64,000 nt of DNA from Takakia lepidozioides (taxonomy: Eukaryota; Plantae; Bryophyta): assembly GCA_030704615.1 (NCBI GenBank), contig CM060732.1, positions 68,634,001 through 68,698,000 on the forward strand, in the 5' to 3' direction. Shown piece by piece: positions 52,298 to 61,711 of this stretch (positions are counted from its first letter, which is position 1; each line of letters starts with the position of its first letter). The notes under the pieces were generated by a model. That model made no database searches. It worked only from the letters and a program-made list of their open reading frames with translations, and was not told where the DNA came from. The translations under genes and the position numbers were made by a program.

Positions 52298-55200
52298 TCA
52301 ACCTTGCGTCAACGCGAGGTTGATGTCGACCTCACTGGAATGAATAGAAGAGGTCATGCAGGTCGTGCAGCCCAGATTTGAAGCACAGAACAAATATCAG
52401 AGAACAGAAAACAAGGTTGCGTCAACGCAATGTCCATATTCGAGCTCTAAGGTGTCTATTTTTGGGTATGAAACCAAACGCATGCAGCCCTCGATTCAAC
52501 CTAGCGTTGACGCGAAGTTATTTGGGTACCTCCTATGTGCATTCGCAGCCTCTGAAAGCCAATTTCATGAAGTGCAAGGTAGGGTAGGCAGACTGGAGTG
52601 GCTCAGTTTGGACTGCAATTTGCAGTTTTCGACTGACTGCTTGTCATATTATTCTTCACCCTATACACATAAATATATATTCATAGCAAATGGACTTAGA
52701 ATGGGTTAGCCACTTACCATATGTACATGTGGGTACAATTATTTTGGAATTTGGATGAAATCTCATGAAGCTATGGACTTTTGTAGGGAATTCCAATGGA
52801 CTGTCACAGTCCATTGGATGTCCCAAATGCCATCTGAAAAACCTATTTGTGCAAAACCAATTCATATATGGACTTTACAACTAGATACACAATGTTTGAA
52901 TAGACACAAATATAAATTTGTGAACAATTCCATCCATCCATCAAGACACTATGGACTTTTTTGTACCAAAAAAACCCCTAAAATGACGATTTGTCCAAAG
53001 CATTTTGAAAAATTCATATTTGGGTGGAGATCTTTGCTAAGAATATATATATTGTTATTGTCTCTAGGAGCTTATTGTTATATGGACAAATTTCATAAAC
53101 TACAAGATAATACTAAATAGCTATTATTTCTAAATAAGAGAAAAAATATTTAATATATATATAATAAAAAATATCTCAAATATTTGGGATGAGACCATTT
53201 ACTAAATATGATTAGTATACCATTACCTATGAAAATAAAAATATATTTGAACAAATATCCTTAATTAAAATGTGCATTAATTGTTTCTCATGGACTTTCA
53301 GTGGAGGGCACATCTGCCACTTTTGAGCCAGTGTAATCTGCACTTACCCGGTAGGGGAAGTAGATTGTTTGAACCCCCCAAAACAACCTTGCGTCAACGC
53401 AAGGCATTTTGTGGGTTCGCCAGAGGGTTCCGGGACGCATTTCGGACTATGCTCAGCCCCATCAACCAACCTTGCGTCAACACAAGGTTGATTTATGGGA
53501 GCTTAATCTGTCTGTTTAGGCAGCTAGTCACTCACAGGGATATTCATTCTCTGCAGAGGAAAAGAAAAAGGAAAGCCGCGGGTGGAGATGGGGCAGTGAT
53601 GGTGAGGAAGACGCATTTGACGAGCACTATGAAGACAAGGTCGAGGAGGTGATGGGTGGGGGCAGAAAGTGAACTCCTTGAAGATGATTTTGTCGATGGA
53701 GGTTCCAAGAGGCAACCTCATTATCCCACTATGCAGGATGATTTCTATGCCCGCTGTTCGACCCGCATTGATAAACGACATCACGAAGTTGAAGAACGAT
53801 TTTGTTCACGGCTATGTTAAGGGATTTGCAGTGTTCTATGTATCCACAGCGAACACGAAAGGAGATGAGTGCCTTGTAACAGAGGACATTGAGCAAAGTT
53901 GGGATGCATGCTGGTGGGAAGTGAACAGGGAGTTCGAGGCCAAGCTGTCAAAGAAGGCCTCTACAAAAACGTTTATGGGAAAGATATTTTTTATCTGGGA
54001 TGGGAACCATAGACTGTTTGCCTTGATGGATTACATTTCAAGCTTTCACTCATACGAGATCGATTGGCACTGGAGCATGGTTTCCATGGTGCTCCATCAC
54101 AATGGACGTGTCACGCAGCTTTTGACAGCCATGCACGACATAAACAAGTAAGTTATCTACCTGGTTTCCACCCCATCTGCGCTTTCACAATGTTGGTAAT
54201 TGTCTTATAAGTTCACGGTTTTTCGCAGGTCTAATGAAGCCTCCTATGTAACGACCAATCTCTGTCACACTCTTTTCCGTGTCCAGAAGATAGGGTTGAT
54301 GCCACTGGAATCGTTTGCGAACGTGCTCAGTCCTCAGCAGATGAAGAGGTGTGCTGAAAAGAAGACAAGCACATGGTACAGCTTGACAAGGGAGGCTTTT
54401 CTTGACTACATGTACACGGTAAGCATCTTGACATCTGTTTGTTTCCAGTGTGAATTTTTCGAGGAAACCCCAATGTTTGATGTTTTCCATTGCCAATGTA
54501 TGCAGCAAGAAATAGCAGAGACTGGCTGAAGGCGAAAACAGAATACTATGCAACCCACACAGAAGAGGAGAGGTCTGCAACTGGGGTTGAAAACATAATG
54601 AGATTTGAGATGAACAATCAAAGGAAGAACCTCATGAGTGCGTTCGACAAACAAATCCGCATAGCAGATCCAAGTCTAGGCTCGGAATTTCTGGAGCAGG
54701 TGAAAGTACACTATGACAAGTATGGCTCCAAGCCAGAAATGACCCAAGAGAAACTGCATCGCCACTCTATATCAATAGTGGACAATGCAACCAAAATCAG
54801 GTGGTTGGATATCTGGAATTCGGATCCACTTGTGAGGGACACCAACATGTTCCCAACTCCTGAGAGGGACTCGAAAACACAAGCAATCAAAGTTGTGAGC
54901 GACCACACATTCGACCAGTGGCTGCACAAAGCAATCTTCTGGAGCCAGGTAAGGCATTTGCAAAACCATTTTGAAATGATTCTTCACATTCGTGTTGTCC
55001 CCCTTATTCTTATGATCTTTCTTGCTACAGCTGGAAAAACGAGCGGTGGCAGCACTTGGGGAGTCAATGGCAGACTACAAAATCCAGATGGCTCAACCCC
55101 GGATCACACTGGAGGCCTATATCAGGTGGTGGAAGCTCACTGTCTGGAACAACTGCTTCTTTAGGGAGTTTGAGAAGGACAAATGAATCTCCAGATCCTA

Positions 55201-57076
55201 CGAATTGAAAAACCAGTACAACAGTGAGCAGGCAATGAAACGAGTGTTGTACAGGTTTGACCTCCCTGAAACTGGTGTGTTGCTAGATGTGTATATTTGA
55301 AGGTTGCGGCAATGCAACGTTGGTCACTGCTTGTTCTTCAGTATTCTCGTTTCATTTCTTCTTTGGAGAACTTCGAATTTGCAGGTCGTGAGGGAGTTTT
55401 GAGGGCTCTGGAAATACAGCCAAACAACACTGTGTCAACACAAGCTTGTCTCGCGACTGCAATGGCCATGTCTTGATCTTCATGCATGTGTGGTTTTGGC
55501 TTCATGTAGCTGTACGTGGGGTCTCCTGCAGTAAACCGTGAGACAAATCAACCTTGCGTCAACGCAAGGTTGATTGAGGGCCATGGATTTTGCATGGGTC
55601 AGTCTGTTTTCCTGAATTCTGTGGCTTACGAATTTGTTCACTGTCGTTTCCGGTTCCGTTTTTTCCAGGTTAAACATGAAGTTTGTCTAGAGTGAGACGG
55701 TGTTGAAGGCTTATACTTTACCGCCAAACAACCTTGCGTAGACACAAGGTTGTTTGACGGTTTGGATTGCAAGAAAGACCCGCAAAAATTGCATAATTTT
55801 TTTCGTGAGACGCGCTCTTTCTCTCTACAGTAGGAACTCGGAGAACAATAACAAGAGAGGGAGTCAGCAGTGTGTAAAAGCTTCTTATGCAAAAAACGCG
55901 AGAGACTGTGTGTGAGTAGAGAAAAAGTGAGAGACCTGTCGTGACGTTGTCCATGTCCCAGGTTGCATCGGATGGTCCACGTCCATCCAGTGGCGGAGAT
56001 GGAATGTGGACACGTCGTTTTTTTTAAAATAAAAACTAGGGTATAAAGTAACCACTACCTTAGTGTCCATAACAACTGTTCATTGCTGACATGGCAGTCA
56101 GTGAGGGGCTATTGTAATCTAGGGATGTCGTTTATGGAACACCAGCAAGTTTGGCCGATGGCAACGCAGGGGAGCCTACGTTGGGCCTTAATGTCAGCAA
56201 ATACCATCGACAGGTGTTTTTGGCAGAGGTAATCAACCTTGCGTCAACGCAAGGTTGAAACTCCATGTGAACAGATCCTCAGAGGGTTGTTTTCCTGCAA
56301 TGTTTTCCATTTCTAGTGTACATGAAATCAACCTTGCGTTAACGCAAGGTTGAATTCCGCTGGGCAATCCCTGTCTTTTTTCATGCAACATTATCACATG
56401 TGGATCCGCCAATCAACCTTGCATCAACGCAAGGTTGATTGGGGCTTTCAAGTTTTGTATGCGATGGATTGTGATAATGGACTTTTTCATCTGGTGAGTG
56501 TTCATTTAAAGTGTAGCTCTCAACGTTTGGGGGTTTTCTTGTCAGCACGAATCAACCTTGCGTCAACGCAAGGACGTTGATTCGGGCTGATAAATGTTCG
56601 TTTCGACAGGTATTTGATCTGCTTTTCAAAACCCTTCTGCTGAGGTATGCTCTGTATGCTGTTACCATAATATTGTAGGGTAGTTAATGTCTCCAAATAC
56701 CATCGACAGGTGTTTTTGGCAGAGGTAATCAACCTTGCGTCAACGCAAGGTTGAAACTCCATGTGAACAGATCCTCAGAGGGTTGTTTTTCCTGCAATGT
56801 TTTCCATTTCTAGTGTACATGAAATCAACCTTGCGTTAACGCAAGGTTGAATTCCGCTTGGCAATCCCTGTCTTTTTTCATGCAACATTATCACATGTGG
56901 ATCCGCCAATCAACCTTGCATCAACGCAAGGTTGATTGGGGCTTTCAAGTTTTGTATGCGATGGATTGTGATAATGGACTTTTTCATCTGGCGAGTATTC
57001 GTTTAAAGTGCAGCTCTCAACATTTGGGGGTTTGCTTGTCAGCACGAATCAACCTTGTGTCAACGCAAGGTTGATT
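52298..57076. repeat. About 16 dispersed copies of the palindrome (AA)TCAACCTTGCGTYRACGCAAGGTTGA(TT)
   Basis: Copies start near 52298, 52417 (core only), 52496, 53383, 53466, 55424 (degenerate), 55546, 55725, 56231, 56326, 56411, 56550, 56727, 56823, 56908 and 57047. Confidence 0.97.
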
Positions 57077-57157
57077 CGGGCTGATACATGTTTGTTTCGA
57101 CAGGTTTTTGATGTGCTTTTCAAAACCCTTCAACTGAGGTATGCTCTGTACGCTGTT
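56189..57157 (+). repeat. ~496-bp tandem duplication, each unit carrying four palindromes
   Basis: 56189-56663 aligns with 56685-57157. Confidence 0.95.
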
Positions 57158-59427
57158 CAAATCGAATGACTATCTTGTGTTTTTGGTGTGTGTGATTCAG
57201 GTACATGTATCATGTCCTCATACCGGGAAAGTACCTTAGCGATGACCCTGACTTCATCTACACATGGGCTGACCCCTCCAATGACAAGACAATGTACACG
57301 GCTGGTATTGCCAGAGACTGGAGCAGGGCGCATTTCAGAGACTGTGGGTGGTACCTCGATCTGCCAAAACATGACACACGATTCGATGAAGTGGTTTTGA
57401 GAAACCTTAATGAGAACGTTGCGGCACTTGCCCCGATAGCTGACAAAGACATTCAGGAGAGAATCATCCAATCTCTGACTGCAAAAGAGCCTGAGAAATC
57501 AGCTACTCCAAAACAGAAGGGGAAGAATGTCGGGGATGCGAAGGGGAAGGGGAAGAATGCAGCTATGCAAGAACAAGCCCCCTCACAGGCCGCTGACAGG
57601 CAGCATTCTCCAACTAGGAGGGATAAGAGAACACCAAAGTCGAGGGAGCAACCTTTCGAGACGAGAGAACATCCATCCAGAGTTTTGGGTCAGTTCCACC
57701 GTAAGGTGGTGAATGAAAGTTTTTTGGCTATGATGGAATCCAGGAAGTCCACATTCAAAGGGGTACCGTCGAAATCATGGGACATGCTTGTTTCGTTCCT
57801 TACTCAGGTAAGCACATATGTCTTTACTATGGCATGAATGATTTCGTTTTGGCAATTCGTTTTGATTTAGCACAAGATTGATTTCGTTTTGGGTTTCGAT
57901 TATGCTTGTGACACTGTCTTTTGTTTTGTGGCACATGTCACAGAAAGGCCCAAGTGGATCAATGGAGTTCAGCAGGCGTACGCGACTGACCTTGTGGCTG
58001 GACATTCCGAACGGTTTGCCCGTCCCTAATGTGCTACCTTCCAATGCAACCCCTACCTGGAACAAATCGGATGCCCGTTACTGGCAGTGGGCTTTCTCAT
58101 TCAGCAACAAATTCTTTTTTGACTCAGGGGCTCTTCTTCTCATGCAGGCAAAGGACATGTTGGCATGGAGAACTCTTTTCAGCTACATGAAAGCTTCCGG
58201 GTTTCGCGTCATAAAAACTTGGACATGCATCAACAACCTGCCTCTTACAAAGGGCGAGTTCCCGGGGCAGAAAGTGAGTTGGTTCCTATCAATGAAACTT
58301 TCATGTTTCTCCAGAAAGTATCAAAAGTAGGTGATTTCCTTTTGCTCATGTTGTCTTCGGAATTGTGGCAGACTCGGGTGTTCGAGGCTTTGTGCCTGAT
58401 GAGGGTGCGGAAGGACACCCTTCCTCCTGGTATTGCTGAGTTCCAGTTGAGGGACCTTGCAGCTCACATTGACCCCACCTGCGAGCCTGTCGAGGATGAT
58501 GTCAAATGGTGTCCCTTGGAGAGGTGCCCGGGAGAAATCCCTAGCTTTCATGCAGACTTTGGTGGAGACATGCAGCCATCACGGTGGTTGACTTATCTAT
58601 TAGCACAGGTGGGGCCCTGAACTTTGTATTTGAAATGTGGACTGTGAGAGCTTCAATATACAGAGGGAATCCCTGTTATAATTTCTTGTTCGTATTCGAT
58701 TTGCAGGAGCATCTTTCCATGCGTGAAAAAGCGCCGGAAGACACTTCTTCGGCATGGAGGCTGATTTGGAGCTCTTCTCAAGCGAGCTTGAGTCGGGCTC
58801 TACTTCTGCCCCACCCATAGAGGTAGTTTTGGAGGAGCCCGATGCGCCTGACGAGGATCTGGACGTGGACTTTGATTTTGAGTGTGAGTAAGTCCAACTT
58901 CTTGTCGTGAAATAAATGTTGCATTCCCTTGTGTCATTCCCGTTCGACAGATAGTTGCTTCCATGGCATATTTCTGAATGATGACATCTATCACCATTCC
59001 TCTTCTTGCTTTCTAGAGTGCGGCACCAATCACCAAATCATCAGACACCTTTCGGTTTCCAAGGATACCCCGAGTCCCCCTCGAGCTTACCGCTCGCCTG
59101 TTTACGCGGAAGCATGCGCATGAAACTCCTGCAAGAACTGAGCTTCAACTCGTGGAGGGGTTTTGCTGGAGATTGCTCTGCCCTTGCTTTCCCCCCCTTC
59201 TGCTTCTTACTTGGTGGTTGTAGACTGGTCTATATGAGGCTGTGGTTGAAGCTACTGGTCCTCTGCTGCCCACTCATGATTTCCACAGAAAAGTCTGGAA
59301 ATCGGCAGATTTTGCACCTGAGGAACCAAGCTTGTCCACTATAGGGTTGGATGCCCACCGTCCTCCCTCATCCAGTGGGACAACAGAAAATGGAATCCAA
59401 TTCCAGTGCAAAATGAAGTTAATATAT

Positions 59428-60221
59428 ATTTGCAAAATTTTGCTGGAAAAATGCAGATTTGATGGGGCTTCTTCTAAGTACATATGATGGCCGGGTTGTG
59501 AAGCATATGACTAATTTTGGTGGCTAACTTATTCACATTTGGTGACTCAATATCCACATTTGCTAAAACAAATTGCCACGATGGCTGCAAGACTACAACT
59601 AGGGCCTTGTTGGCATCCTTACTCACAACCACTAGATATTGCGAGATCAATATTGGATCCACGGCCCTGTTAGTAGCAAGTGTGAGACTCCACGGGTTTG
59701 GCGATTCCCGGGAGGGAGATGCGGAGGAGAGTCTCGGGGGAAGAGTCTCGAGAGCCGCGGAGGACTAGTATATATATCCTCTGGTGGAAGGCTGGTATAA
59801 GCTACTTACGTCGGTATGGAGGGGACTAAAAGTGGGAAGAAAAACATGCAAAATGCAAACGTGAAGAGGATCGCTACAGACAATTGCAAAACAGCTAGGA
59901 GCTCTAATGCGGGTGGAGAAGAGCAGAGGATATATATACTAGTCCTCCGCTGCCCCCAAGACTCTCCCCCTTGCTCCCGAGAGTTGCCAAATGCGTGGAT
60001 TCGCAAGTGTGTGACTAACAGGCCTGTGGCTTCGACATCGATCTCCCACAATCGAGTGGTTGTGCGTAATGATGCCAACAAGTGTTCCTTTTCAAGAGAT
60101 TGGAATTCAAAGAACAAATAGACTCAGTAGGTCTGGTGCCTGCTCTTGCCTCCGACTTGCCTCACTGTCGACCTCCCCGGGTTCACCCTCGCCGCTCATA
60201 TATTTATAAGCAAGGGAAATT
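59428..60221. repeat. Two F-box upstream modules joined in opposite orientation, with no CDS
   Basis: 59428-59781 matches ~17306-17661, and 59800-60221 matches ~14873-15276. Confidence 0.9.
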
Positions 60222-60249
60222 GAATATTGGTTCATTTCTACTCTAGAAT

Positions 60250-61695
60250 TTATTTTTTATGTTTTTATTTATTTTAACCTGGGAGCGACAGCCCACAATT
60301 CAGGCCCTTGAGGAGGGGCACAAATTAACCCTTCGACCCGTTTTGGGTTGGTTAGGTTTCTTTAACCAGCCATAACTTCTTGTGGTTAAGGCTGATTGGC
60401 CTTTTTTTTGGCTCAATCGACAGATAATCGGGGTCCCCCTTCATATGGCATTGGCCAATTGGTCAATGCCTGAAGGGGTAGGGATCTCGATCAATTGGAA
60501 GGGGGCCAACTCAGCTTTTGAGGCCATTTTGGCACCCCTAACCTGCCCAAGTTGCTGACATGGTAACTGCGGTCAGGTTAGGGTGAATGAATGATACTCC
60601 ATAAAGGGATGGGCGGCACGCTTCCCCCAACCCATTGATTGCGGATTGTGGATATGGCGGCCTGCGCAGGTCTGGGTATTCCCAGGCCTCCATCCTAACC
60701 TGAGATCGACGGAGATGGCTGCTCCAGCCAACACGATGGGCTCATTGCAGGGCGGACTGGAGGGAGTGCAGCTGCGATGGCGGCAGAGCTCGCGGCTCGA
60801 GAAAATCTCGGGTGGGTCAAACCTAGGGCGGGGGTTTGATAGGGTTGCGGGTGGAGTGGCCCCCCATGAAAGCAGGGGCTGGGTAGCCAGAGGAGCTCCC
60901 AAACCCCGTGCCCTTCTGGGCTGCGGCTCCAAATATCCTAGGCCTAAAGGCTATACCAAAGGTGTGCCATTTGAAGTCTTGGGCAGGGAACCTAAGGATG
61001 CGGTGCATTGGCTGATTGGCCTCAAAGTTTTTCGGGGACTTCACATGGAAGCCCATGACATGTCAACCGGAGGGATTAGGATTGACCGCCTGAATTGTTT
61101 TGTATAATTTTAGGAAGAGAGATTTTGGCCTGCCCAAAGAAAATGGCATATTTTGACCCCCACTACAAAGGAGCCCACTTGAGAACATTTCAGGAAAAAC
61201 TGAAATTTTATGAGAATGTGTGTTATCAGGTATGGAACAACATTCTTGAGACTCTCAAACAGAAAAAATCAAAAATGCCCAAATACAAGCAAAAACTGCT
61301 TTTTTTGGCACCTAGTTCTTGGTGGAGATTTTTTTTTGTCCCCACTCTACACTTTATAATCTTCAGATCTGGCGGTTGGATTTTGGTGAAACTTTTTGTG
61401 GTAGGAGGTGGGGTATGTGGGAAGTAATTCCAATGGTCGGTTTTACATGGACATAGAGATTCTCTAGATAATTTTTTTATGTGGGCCAGGGTCATGTATT
61501 TCCACGAGAGGGTGAAAATGAGTTTTGACACTTAACGGTTAACCCCCTTTCATTTATGGGCCATGGAGACTTACAGTACTATCAATGCCCAGACGTACCG
61601 TCACAAACAATCCAACGTACCGGGCAGGGTAGCGGGTTTGAACCCCGAACCACCAGGGCGACACACTGTGCACTTACCAACTGAGCTACCAGCCC
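60250..61695 (-). mobile_element. tRNA-derived SINE (head 61695-61543, tail 60328-60250), interrupted by a 1.2-kb insert
   Basis: Head GGGCTGGTAGCTCAGTTGG (A-box) and GGTTCAAACCC (B-box), with an A-rich tail. An uninterrupted homologue of the body is at 33650-33803. Confidence 0.85.
60329..61538. mobile_element. 1210-bp insertion flanked by duplicated TTAA
   Basis: TTAA at 60325-60328 and 61539-61542. The empty site is visible in the SINE copy near 33700. Confidence 0.6.
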
Positions 61696-61711
61696 ATGTG
61701 TTTATTTTAAA

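Larger units (their letters stand above)
51868..58891 (+). pseudogene. Spliced gene: ParB/Srx-like domain plus beta-class N6A/N4C DNA methyltransferase-like domain
   Basis: Exons ~51868-52236 (weak), ~53556-54147, 54229-54418, 54506-54948, 55031-55254, 57201-57807, 57944-58273, 58372-58608 and 58707-58891, with GT-AG borders. Motifs: VRPAL...WDGNHR; LDIPNG...PTWN...DSGALLL; PWRGAREKS...VVDLSISTG/ASFHA*KSAGRHFFGMEAD. Several stops and frameshifts. Confidence 0.75.

Noticed and set aside
55546-57076. CRISPR-like array of palindromic ~30-bp repeats
   Set aside because: Spacing is irregular (85 to ~500 bp), half the spacers arise from a tandem duplication, there are no cas genes, and the context is a spliceosomal intron.
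61620-61695. tRNA gene
   Set aside because: A and B boxes are present but there is no proper acceptor or anticodon stem. It continues into a repeated body and A-tail, so it is a SINE head.
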